Part shown: positions 34,170 to 45,490 of the stretch, in pieces
Layout: each line of letters begins with the position of its first letter
Numbering within the stretch: position 1 is the stretch's first letter
From: Lama guanicoe
Lineage: Eukaryota
Reading direction: 5' to 3'
NCBI GenBank assembly: GCA_013239625.1
Contig: MU053934.1
Coordinates: 6,094,399-6,158,398, forward strand
Length of the DNA stretch: 64,000 nucleotides
Translations under genes and position numbers: made by a program
Notes under the pieces: model-generated
The model's input: the letters and a program-made list of their open reading frames with translations, nothing else
Told to the model about the DNA's origin: nothing
Database searches by the model: none

Positions 34170-36941
34170 CTATTATGTATCATGCTTTTAATACAAACTT
34201 AAAAAAATCTGGAACAATATAAACTGTACAGATTTGATCAATCTTTTTGTTTTGTTTTTAAACTAAATCTCTAAACACACCAATGTCCCATTCCAAAATA
34301 TTGCACAACATTCTGAATACAAAACGCTTGATTGTATTCCTCCTTCACTAAAGAAAACAAGTTCATTACCCTGCTCCCCCCAAGCTCCTCTCCATGTTGC
34401 CTCAATGCCCCCCCCTTCCCATCCCTAGGGGTCAAACTAGAGAATCTAAGCTTACTGCATTGAGAAAAATACATCATTCTGGACTAAAAGTTTACATTCT
34501 TTACAAGACAATCCACCTTTTGTTTCTGGGAAAGAGGGGTAGATAGAGGATGGGGAAAGGGGAGAAATAGGTTGTATTCTCCTTTTTTTTATTTTAAAGT
34601 TTGTTTTTCCTGAAAAAATATCTTTGTTTGTCTCCTCTTTTTAAGAAAAAATCTTGAAAAGAAAAAATTACATTTTTTACGTTAGAAATATACATATATT
34701 ATATATACCTCTTACATCTTACAAATGTAGCAAATTATTCAATACAAACGGACACCAAAAAATGTAAAAAATAAAAAAAAAGTTTTCCTACGAAACCAGG
34801 TAAATTAGTGCAGATTTTTCTTTTTTTCTTAAAAAAAATAAAATTGAAGCAAAAATGCCTAGGTTTGAGACAGACAGACTGAAGTGGGCCTAAGAGCCCA
34901 GCACAGGAATCATGCTCCTGAATACATACTTTACTTCATATTTCAAAAGACACTAAGGGGTTGGTCTCCCACTCTCCATGTGGTGAGAAACAAGCTGGCC
35001 AGGGTGTGGTGGGTGCCTGTGTGTATGTGAGAGGAGTGGGAAGAGGGATAAGGCAGCATCCAACCTTTCCCAGAGAGCAGCCTGGGCCTGTCACCTTTGT
35101 GGGAGCTGAGGGCTAGGGAGAGGGTGGCCCAGACTGGGCTGGCCCCTGAGAAGTCTAGGGGGACAGATGGTGCTGGGCCGAGGAGCCAGGGCATAGCCTG
35201 GCTCGGGGAGGTAGAGCTGGCGCCCACTGCAGGGAGAGGAGGCTGGCAGTGTCTGTCGGGGCAGGACACACTGCCACAGCAGTTGCCCACTTGGGGACTG
35301 GGGAGGAGGGAGTGGGGTGTCGAGGGCTTTGGTACTTTCTGGTGATGGGGGCTCTCATGTCATGTGCGCCACCTGCCGAAGTGTCATAGCATGGAAGCTA
35401 GTCCACTGGGGTCTGGTCAAACAACTTCTCTCCAGCACAGGTGGGGAGTGAGCCTCTTCAACAGTCCAAACATACCACCTGTGATGACCAAGCGCCTGTC
35501 TAGCTCAGCCTGCCCGGAACTCTCCTCACAGCATCAGGGCCCGGGGGCTGGGATGGGCAGTGACGGAGGATGGCAAGAGGTACCAAGAGGTTCTCAAGCA
35601 GGCAGGGGAAGAAATGTACTAAAACAACATCTGTAACTGAAAGACCAAAGTCTCAATTCAAGGCTTAGGACTGCCCACTACAGACACTGACCCAAACTCC
35701 CACCCTGGGCTAAGGTAACATAATAGGAGGGTCTCAGTCCAGGGACTTCTCTTAGGTTTCAGAGGCTGGGTATTCTTTCAGCACCTCACAGCTAACCCCC
35801 CCACCTTTTTTGGTCAAAACAGAAGTGCAGATCCCTCCGCAGTCTGGAAACCAGTTCCTTCTGCAGTACTTTCCCCTGGGAGTGTCTTAGGCTCTGCCAG
35901 TCTCGCCCTGCCATGTGAACCACCCTACAAAAGGACTGACAACCCACCCCCGCCCATCCCCCAACCTCATACATACATAAGCACTTGCTGCAACCCGGAA
36001 TCATACCCAGAAGGGAAGTTTCACATGCCTCGGAATCCTTTAAAGCAGGACAGCAAGCCTTGTGCACACACACACATACACACCTGCACCTGCCCCACCT
36101 CCCTCTCCACCTCAGGCCCAGGGAAGGGGATGCATGGGAGGCGTCACATGTGCCAACCACTGGGTCTCCAGGGCCTCAGTGACAGTCTGGGCCAGGTGGG
36201 GAAGGTGGCGTGGGGCCACAGGGCAGAAATGGAAGGAATTACACTAGACAGAGTGCTGACCTCCCTGGAGTCACGGACATCAGCTCCAGGGGGAGGGTGT
36301 CAAGTGGCAAGCAGCTGCCTAGGGCCCAGGCCTGAGAGGGAGTAGGGGCTGGAGTCAGACCTATTTGGGCGGCAGGGCCCGAGGCCTGCTGAGGTTGGAT
36401 GGCTCTGAGTGAGAGGATAGCTGGATGATGGAGGCAGTGACATGGGGCAGGCTCTCCCTGTTCTGAGGTTCTGAGGAGGGCCAGACCTAGCTGTGGTTCT
36501 CCCTTCGCTATGAGCTTGGACACACCAACCCTAAACCAGGCTGTGGAGAGAGGGCGGACGGGAGGGAGCAGGGAAGGAAGGAGCAGGGAGCAGCAATTCA
36601 CATCTGGACCATTCTTAGCACAGGAAGCCACTAATTAAAGATGTTATATAGAAAACTACATGTAAAAAAAAAAAGAAAAAAGAAAAAAAAAAGAAATATA
36701 AAACCCAAACCAAATAAATCAGAGGCAGGCAGGAAAATAGCAGGGGGTTGAGTTAAACACGATTCGGTGCTTCGGGAGCCCCCTCCCTCTCCATGCCTGG
36801 GCTGGATCTTTTTTCTAGAAGTTAGAGTGAGAAGATTGGAAATCTTTTTGTATATTTTTCTTTTCCTCTTTTTTTGGCCTTTCCTTTCCTTTCTCTTTTC
36901 TGTGGTCTTGGGTGCTCCTGGCCCTGCGGGCAGGTGGGCGG
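34170..36941 (-). other. TOB2: TOB2 3' UTR (about 2.8 kb)
   Basis: ATTAAA on the minus strand at 34187-34192. U-rich blocks. miR-25/92 8mer at 34299-34306. Confidence 0.75.
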
Positions 36942-37979
36942 TCAGTTGGCCAGCACCACCGGCTGGAACGGCTGGCTGGGGTACTGCATGGTGTTCAGGT
37001 TGTAGCTGAGGCCTTCCACGAAGGGCGTCTTCTCCAGGAAGAGGCTATTGGTGCCACCTCCAAATACCTGGGCCATGTCGAAGCTGCTGCTGTTGCAGGT
37101 GCCAGCCCCACTGCCCCCAAAGGGGGCCGGGGTGCCACTGCCCTGGCCATCGGCCCCATCAAAGAAGAGGCTGGGAGAGGCACCGCCGTTGTACACGAAC
37201 TCCTTGGCATTGGGCGAGAGCTGGGACTGAGGGGCCGGGTTGGCGGTGATGAAGTTCAGTGAATGCAGAGACAGAGAGAGGTTCTTCTGTTTCAGCAGGT
37301 TGTTAGTGGGAGAGCGGGCCATGCGAGGCTGCTGCTGTGGGGGCTGCTGGCTGCTTGCCCCACTGCTGGCCACACCACCCCCACCCGCTGCCCCGCCACC
37401 CTTCTTCATCTTGGTGGAGCCAAACTTGGTGGCTGCGAAGGAGGCTGTGGTAAAAGTGATGGGCTGGGCAGAGCGGGGAATGAAGGTGGGGCTGGGCGAC
37501 TGGCCAAAGGATGGCGATGGGGAGTTGGACAGGGAACTGTCCTGGCTGCCGATGGGCACAAACACCTGGGCATCAGGGTTGAAGCTGCTCTTGATCTCCT
37601 TGTCCAGCTCTGGGGCAACACAGCCCTCGCTGTCATCCAGATACAGCACCTTCACAGCTCCCTTCTCACCGATCTGGTAGGACACCTCGTAAGGGTCAAT
37701 CCAGACGCTCAGCTCCTCAGGAACATTGGCCCGCACATCCTCCACCGCCAGGCCACTCCGCTTGGCAGCCAGCTCCACCACGGGGTCCACAATCTCCCCA
37801 ATGTGGACACAGCGGAAGCCAGAGCCCTTCAGTGGCTTGTCAGGGTACCAGTGGCCTTCATATTTCTTTTTCAAGAGCCGCTCTAGCTCCTCACCAAACA
37901 GGTCTGCCCGGCGCCGGGGCAGCTTGTTGTACAGGTAGGAGATGATGAAGTTCAGGGCCACTTTGATCTCCAGTTGCAT
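36942..37979 (-). CDS. TOB2: TOB2, transducer of ERBB2 2 (BTG/Tob family), 345 aa, single coding exon
   Basis: [36 protein letters not shown]...[15 protein letters not shown] (BTG domain). Two PAM2 motifs ([23 protein letters not shown]). Exon acceptor ttcccag| at 38075. Confidence 0.98.
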   Translation of the reverse strand: MQLEIKVALNFIISYLYNKLPRRRADLFGEELERLLKKKYEGHWYPDKPLKGSGFRCVHIGEIVDPVVELAAKRSGLAVEDVRANVPEELSVWIDPYEVSYQIGEKGAVKVLYLDDSEGCVAPELDKEIKSSFNPDAQVFVPIGSQDSSLSNSPSPSFGQSPSPTFIPRSAQPITFTTASFAATKFGSTKMKKGGGAAGGGGVASSGASSQQPPQQQPRMARSPTNNLLKQKNLSLSLHSLNFITANPAPQSQLSPNAKEFVYNGGASPSLFFDGADGQGSGTPAPFGGSGAGTCNSSSFDMAQVFGGGTNSLFLEKTPFVEGLSYNLNTMQYPSQPFQPVVLAN

Positions 37980-40900
37980 GGTCCTTTCCTAGGCAGAGAA
38001 TCAGCACAGGCAGGTGTACAAACCACTGGCAGTGTCAGGAAATGTAAGGGGGGCAGCCTTGGGCTCCAGATGACTCTGGGAAATGAGAAGGAAAGGCTTC
38101 ATGAGTAGATATGCAGAAAGCCAGGGGGATCAGTAGCACATGACAGAGAGAGCAGCACCAGCTTTGAATCACATAGACTCAGGGTCCTATTTCTGCTCCG
38201 CTAGTAACAGGCTTATTTGTGTGACTGTGGGCAAGTCACTTTTTTTTGAGCCTTAGTTTCATCAGTAACATGAGGCTATCATGAAGATTAAATTAGTTCA
38301 AGAAAGTAAGGTGCCTCATGCTGTACCTGGTGTATTTTAGTAGGCATCTGATAAAATTAGCTATTATTTTAAAGTAATTCTAAAGAAACAGGGGTGCTGT
38401 GGTTTTCACTATTTTGAGAATTCAGGTCACTTAACAAGTGACACCAAAAAAAAAAAAATTGAGTTCCTAATTCAGCTGTAAGAGGGAAGGTTCTTGCTAA
38501 CTTGTCTGTGCTATAGCTTGAAGTCGTGCTTCCAAACTGTCACAGGCTAACACAGAAGTTAAAAATGTTTAGTTTTCCTCATCAATGGAAAGGGATACAG
38601 GTCACTGAACAGGAAGTTGTGCTGCCCGCTTTTCATCAGGCTGGGATTCCAGTCATGTCCAATTTGTGACCCGAGGCTCCCTTGGTGTGTATGCATTCTG
38701 GCTCAGAGTTTGCAGAACTGATTTTTTGCGTAACAGTGTAACCAAGGCACGCATATCCATCCAGACAGCCTTCAAGAATCGAGACAGGAGCATGATTCCC
38801 CATGAAAAAGTCAAGACCTGTCATAGTCAGAGGTGTGGATCAATAAGGGAACTGCTGACTGGGGGCTGCACCAGGGAAGCAGAGGAAAGGAGATGGAAGC
38901 AGGGCACTGTAGGCCAACAAAGTGTTAAGAGCAGTACTGGCATGGCCTGAGGGAATCTCTGTAGTTTCTGGCTATAGAGTGTAGGTGATGAGGGGTTAGA
39001 GAAAAGAAATTTTCCATCACCCTACAGGTTCCAGCTGGGGACCATCATCACTCAGTCTCCCAGGGACTGTCTGACCACCTGTCCTAGGCACCGGACCAGA
39101 TTTATCAAGTGTTTGGAGATCCCTGGAGAGAGCTAAACACTCAGATTGTTATTTTGGGATTCTCTCACAGCCAGATCCCACAGAGGTCAAAAAGGTTTAT
39201 TCCTGAGGTCTGGGCCAGCCTCATGTCTCAGGAAGAAGATCTGTGAGGTCCTGAGAGCCAGTGATCCTAACCTCCTCACTTTCTCCAAAAGGGCAGCTCT
39301 AGGCTCATGCTGTGGGAGATCTGAACTGAAAAGAGCCATCTTTGAGGGCTGACAGAGACTCTGGGTGAGACTATGCTGCTAAGCCAGCACAGACACAAGA
39401 CTGATCCATGATCCGTCAAGGGCATCTTCTGTTTTGTGATAGATCTGGGGCTGGATTTTAATTAAAATCCCTCTGGGTCCAGCACAGAGTATCCAGTGCT
39501 AATTCTAGACTTGAGGATCTTGAGCTTTCTGAACATTTGCTCCAACTCCCTATAATTCTCAGGCCTGGGGCCATGGATCCTAGGGGCATTTGAAGGACTG
39601 ACTCCTCAGGCAAAGCTCTCTGGGGTATCAGAAAAAACTGCACTGGGTCAATATGGAGTATCTGATGACAGTGGCTAGCTCTAGTCCCACCCTCATTTCA
39701 GGTCTGAGTAGACAGAGAGTCACATACGGCATCAACAAAAGTGCCACAGGCATGTCCTCTCCCAAGCCCTCCACAGGGAGGCATAGGATTCAGGAGACCC
39801 TAGCCTTCCCTCCATCTCAGCCTCCAAGACTTAATCTCCATGTGTCTTCAAAAGTCTATTCATGGTCACTACACATCAATTCCAGGGTCCTTCTAGGTTT
39901 AAAGAGAACAGTAAAGATAATGGGCTTTCTGTTTATGAGAATTGGGTCCACACAGTCCTACACCTTTCAAGGCCTTTAAAACTTTGCTTCGTATCTGCCT
40001 TCCAAGTTCACCTCTCCTGAACAGCTGAGCCTCAAAATGGGAACATTTTAAATGCAGGCCAAAGTCATTGGGAAATAAGCCTCCCACCCCAAAATACAAT
40101 AGAATCACTGTCATCAGCCCTGCCTAGCTAATCATTTTCTGCAGCATAAGCAATTAAAGCTGCACACCAATTTATACCTCAGTGATGCTGCTACACATAA
40201 TAAGGAAGTATATAATGCCATCTTTGCTTCTTTAATTGGAGAACAGGCCAGGCCAGATGGCTGTGGGGTGGAACCTTACAAAAATGCCGGACAACCAGGA
40301 TGAGGTTTTCTGCTCTATCAGCTCAGGCTCTAATTTTGACTTCAAGAAGCTTATGGAACAAAGGATTAAAGCATTGGTGCTGCCTTGTCTTTACTAAGGA
40401 TACTCAGATCAGTTTGTTCATTTTTTTTAAGGGTATGGACAATTCTAGGGCTTATATATTAAATATTCATAGAATGTGGTGAAATTAGAAAGCTTAGAAA
40501 TAACCATCTTTCAACATAAAGGAACAAAAAGAGGACTTTTAAGGTCTTTCACAACCCTGACTCAGGTGCAAAAGGCCAGAAAGGTAGCAAAAAGGGGTGG
40601 GGGGAGGTTAAGTGTTTAACAACAGCAAAATCTACATTTTGTCAATATATTTAAAAAGTTGCAAATGTAAGAGTAAAATTCTGTCCGCTTTTATTTAAAA
40701 TCTTATCCTTCTTCACTTGTTTACTTCGAGAAACAAAGTTAAACAGGGATTCAGATCCCGTGTTGACTTGTTTTAAAGAGTAAGTGCTTAAAAGAATGTC
40801 TTGGGGGAGAAAGAAGCTGGAAGCCAGCTGCAAGTCAATGATATTGTAATAGTGATTCCAAAGAATTTCTGACAAAAATACAAAGGAAGGTTTCTGAAGA

Positions 40901-41289
40901 AGAAAAAACTTAGGTACCTGTAAGATATTCAGACACCTCAAGCCTTAACATCCAAATCGTCTTACAATCAATAACTACTAGATTCAAGAGAGTGTGGAAA
41001 GAGGAGTCAGGGTCCTAAATTTTGACGAGGCCAGTAGGTGTCACAAACCGGGTGCTGGGATGTGAGAGTCGGGCTCAGATGGGACAGGGGATTAGCCCCA
41101 CCCGACTCGTCCCGGAGGCAGAGGCCCAGACAGGCAGGTGTGACTGAAAGGCTTCCAGGACTTGTGCCAACTGACCGAACCACTTCGCTCAGTGTCTCAC
41201 ACCGTCTCCCCCAAACATAGACTGTGCAAGCCCAAGTGACTACAAGGTCCCTTCCAAGTAAAAAAACGGCCCTTACTAAATCACTCCAG

Positions 41290-42050
41290 GTTTCTCCGAG
41301 GGCAAGACGACTAAACTGAGCCCCAACGTTGATACGGAGGCCAGCGGCAAAGCTGCACTCTGCATTCTGGGAATCGTAGTCTTCAGAAACCTCACGCTCA
41401 GGTTGGAGGCAGTGACCTACTTTCTCCGCACACTACACTTCCCAGCGTACTTCGCGAAGACTCAGCCGGCGAACTACGCATGCCTGTTAAAGGGAGCTGG
41501 CCGAGGGTCGAAGAACCGAGGAAAAGTTTCCGATGCACATGCGCGCTGTGGCCGACGGGCGCCCCCGCCCCCCCAGCTTAATACATTTTATATAAATTCT
41601 ACCCATAAGACCGACTCCCCTTATTGTATCGCCTCACTGTATCTGTGTCTCGGCTTCTCGAGAAACTGAACTTTTTTCCCCCTCCCTTTTCACCGCCTCC
41701 CATGACTGCTGGAATTAAGGATCAGCTTCTAATAGTTTTTTCTCGGTGAAGTCGGTAGGCTGGGATAGATAGGGTCACATCACGCCCCCGCCCCCTGCCA
41801 CTTAATCTGTATTCCTTGGGCTGGGTGGTCTCCCTCTGGAGTTGCTGTAGGGACGGTGGATTCAAAGAGAAAAGAGCGTTTTCACTTAATGCCCAGTGGG
41901 CTCGTCTCCCTCACAGCCGGGAAAGAAAAGGCAGGAATTAAACCGAGTTCTCCCGTTCTCTCCCCTAAGGAAATTCCGAGTTTTAAGCTGCGGGGAGGCG
42001 CCGAGCGCGGACAATCAGAAGGCCCGACGCCAGCAGGGCCCTAGCCTCAC
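41290..42050. promoter_or_regulatory. Promoter-like CpG-rich module in TOB2 intron 1 (ZNF143/THAP11-type and NRF1-like motifs)
   Basis: ACTACGATTCCCAGAATGCA (minus, 41361-41380), ACTACACTTCCCAGC (plus, from 41432), GCACATGCGC at 41535-41544, GC boxes. Confidence 0.65.
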
Positions 42051-43159
42051 CCCTCTTCTAATCCAAGTCCAAGTAACCAGACCCAGCTAGGGAAATGGAA
42101 AAGGTTCCTGGGCAGAGAAGGAAAAACTACATCTGACACCTGAATAACATCTTCTAATACTTAAAATTGTTTGTGAGTCTCGTCCCACTGCAAGGCCTGC
42201 TTTACGACCAGACTTACCAGATCCTCAGCAAAGCTCCCCTGCAGGGTGTTAAACCTCCCTAATCCTTCCTCCCACACAAGCTTCTTTTCCCCTCCGCTTA
42301 AGAGGAGGGATGGGGGCAGGCACCCAAGAAAGCAATAGGGGTGTTTTTCTCCTGGAAAATCAAAGATGAGGGACCCATTTCCAGGGTGCAGTAGGTAGGA
42401 AAGAAGAAAGGTTAGATACTGAGCAGACAACCGGGACCCCTCGGCTAGGCCCCAAGTTTAAGCCTGCTGTGTGGGGTTCTAGTTCCTCTAGGGGTGGGAA
42501 AGGGCAGCCAACTGCCCCTCCTCTCTGCTCCCTCCTTCCCCTCCCTTCATAGTCAAGGGCACAGTCTATCCTTTGGAGGGGAAGGAGCTTAGGAGTAGGG
42601 TGTTTCCTAGGCACCTCACCGGGATGAACCAGAATCCATTGATACTGCTGTAAGGGTACATTTTTCCGTCCAGTTTTCCCTTAAAACACTAAAGAGGATT
42701 AAAAAGCTCAAGCCAAAATGGTGAATTCTGGCTCAGCGGCCAGAGGAGAGTCACCACTGACCGGTCCAAAAGAGGGGTGTCCATCCCTCAGGCTCCAGAA
42801 GGCCAGAAATAAACCCTATTAATTATTATCACCCCCTTCCCCAGACACGGAAAAAGAGGCAGAAAAACAAGGCCTGGATCCCTTTCCTTCTTCTGATTTA
42901 TTTAATGGTTGTGGGAATTATGTTTTCGGGGAGAACAAGGAAAATCTAGCGACTCTCTAGAATATGAAGAACTGAGGAAGGCGGAGAAAGGAGGAAATGC
43001 ACCCCACCCAGGAGGAGGCCACACTTGGAACACGGAGAGTAGGGAGCTCCAGGATACCCCAGGATGAGAGCGAACGTGAAGGAAAGTGGAGCACAGGGGA
43101 AAAGAGGGGTTCCAGTGGGGAAGTGGAAAGGGAAATGTTGGCCAGGTGTAAGGGAGGAG

Positions 43160-45490
43160 GGTGCGACAGCAACGTGGAGCGTCCAGTAAAGCGAAGAGCG
43201 GGAGTGGGGTAGGGGTGGAGGGAGGCGTCCGGCCTATCGGGTCTCGGGGGCCCCCGCCCGCACTACCCCCACTCACTCACTCGGGTCTCTGCGGCGGCGG
43301 GGCGGCGTGTGGGCTGCGGGGCGGCTTCTCCCTCCAGGGTGGTCCTGGGCGCGGGGCCGAGGTCGCTCTCCCTTCCTGGGCGCCGCCGGGCCGGGGGCCG
43401 ATGTGTTCTTCTCTTCTTTGAGGGTTGGGAAACGAGTGAGAGGATTATGGTCTGTGACTCTCAATAACAATTCTTTCAGCTTTCTGGAGGTCGGCCTCAG
43501 CCTTGGGGGCGGAAGGCGGGCGGGCAAGCGGGCCGGCTGGCCGGCCGGCGGCGACGGCGCGGGGATGGCGAACCGGAGGGTGGCTCGTATCGCAGGGCGG
43601 AGGACGGTCCGGGCTGTGGCCGACGGAAGGTCTTGCCCTTCTGGCGCCGCCTCGTCCGAGCCACTCGCTTCTTTCCGCCGACGACCTGCACCTTCCCGTG
43701 CCCCGGCCCGAAGTGAGCAAAGTCAATGAAAAGTTTCACCCTTAGCAACCCTGCGCACGGATCCAGCTTCCCCACCCCTGCGTGATGCGTCCCTCCGCCC
43801 TGCAGGGGCGGGGCCGGGCGCCGGGCCGGGACTACTTCCCAGCTGGCAGGCGGCTTAACCCCTCGAGGCGCGCGGACCGCGGCTCCGCCTGGAACCCCGG
43901 GGCGTCCGGCGACCCCCTCGCCCCACCCTCCGATGCGTGGCCCTTTTCTTCATTCAGATCTCGACTCAAACGTCAGCAAGGCTGCCTTCGGCCTGTGTAA
44001 CGCGGTTTGCCTCCCCTCCCCATTATGACGCCGCACTGTAGTTATTTTCTTCATGCCTCAAACCACTCAAATCGTGCTTGTCGTGTGAGGTGTTTCCCTA
44101 GCTAGACAGCAAGCTCGGGAGGGCAGGGGGCCGGCCTGGAACCAGGTTGCTCACTTTAGATGTATTGAATGAATGGGGGTCGCGGGGAAGGGATCTTCCC
44201 CGCTGTATCTTCGGCCCTGCACCAGCCCGGGCGCCGACGGTTCGTATGTTCGCCTGAACCGTCCCTTCAGGCCACCACGGCGAGTCCCTTCAGCTCTGGG
44301 CGGCTGCCCGTCTGACCTTCCCCGCGGCGCTCGCACCACCCCCGTTAAGCTCTCTTTGCGGGTTGGGGAGCTGAAGGGGACGGCTGGAACTCTAGAAAGA
44401 TTTCGGGTTGGCCCGAATCTTCTGAGCGCCTCGTGCCTCGACGGGGGACGCTTAACGGTGAAAGGAAGGCGAGTGGGAAACCAGGGCCTGGGCATGCAGA
44501 GCAGGAGGAAGAGGGGGCGAAGGGAGGCAAGACGGCCAGGAAAAGGAGCTGAGTGGCACATTAACCTTCCAGTTGCCGCCTCTGGCGCCCGTTGACCTCA
44601 GCAGGGACAAGGGCTAGCGCCGGCTCTGCGCAGGCGCGCGAGAGCGTTCCGCCCCCCGCCGCCGGGCGGGGCTCAGCCCCTCAGCCCTTCAGCAACGTTC
44701 TCCCCAGTGGGCGACCCCCGTCAGGGGGCCTGGAGAGCCACAATTCTTCTAGTGTAATAGCCCCCGCCAGCGGTGGTGGTGCCTGCCCATGCCAGAGGCG
44801 CCGGGCTCGCCCACCCGAAGGTCCCTGGGGCGTCGGACTCAGGTTCGCCGAACCCAGGACCCAGCGAGCCAGACCCGCGCGCTCGGGCCCCCTGCCTGGG
44901 CTCTGGCTACGCGGGCTACTCGGCCACTTTGTGACCGTGCGGAGCGCGGAGTTGGGAGCAGGGAGGCCTGTGGCCAGTGAGGTAGTGAAGCCCGAGGCCG
45001 CTGGGAGCTGGCACCTGACGTGTTCTTCCCATCCCTCCTTTAATCGCTCATTCCCCAGCTCTCTCCCAGCCCCCGACCTTTATTCTCATTCCAGACACTT
45101 CCAGCCCAACGGCAGGCGCCGATCCCACGCGGGGTGGCGAGATCCGAAAGTTTCCAGCTATGAACGGTTTGCAGTTTTTTTTTCCTTGATTACTTTTTTT
45201 GGCAAGGATGGAAAGCATTGGTAGCGTGGGGGTGCGCTTTCCTTGACTGCAGCCGAGAAACGCTGGACTGGAGGGCAAACTCCAAGGGGACAGGAAAGGG
45301 GAGGGAGCCTGAGCCCGGGAGCTCCCATCCCCCATACTGAGCGCTTCAGCCCCTGGGGCACCTTGTGCGTCAGCGAGTGGCACAGCATCACATACACGCC
45401 CCTCCGCCTTGCCCACTCCACCCCTCCCCTTCTTTTTCTACTTCTCTAACTCCCTCCCCTCCCCTCCCCTCCCCGCTCCTCCCCTCCCGG
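43160..45490. promoter_or_regulatory. TOB2: TOB2 promoter CpG island
   Basis: Dense CpG, GC boxes (ggggcggggcc at about 43805), ACTACTTCCCAGC at about 43831, (CCCCT)n tract at 45449-45488. Confidence 0.8.
43281..43700 (-). other. TOB2: TOB2 non-coding exon 1 (5' UTR); 5' end approximate
   Basis: Donor ...GACCCGA|GTGAGTGAGT at 43280, inside a CpG island. It would splice to the 38075 acceptor. Confidence 0.7.

Noticed and set aside
36912..37938. Plus-strand ORFs overlapping TOB2
   Set aside because: Antisense shadows of a GC-rich CDS.
44151..45449. ORFs up to 210 aa upstream of TOB2
   Set aside because: CpG-island composition artefacts. A divergent non-coding transcript cannot be excluded, but there is no direct evidence.
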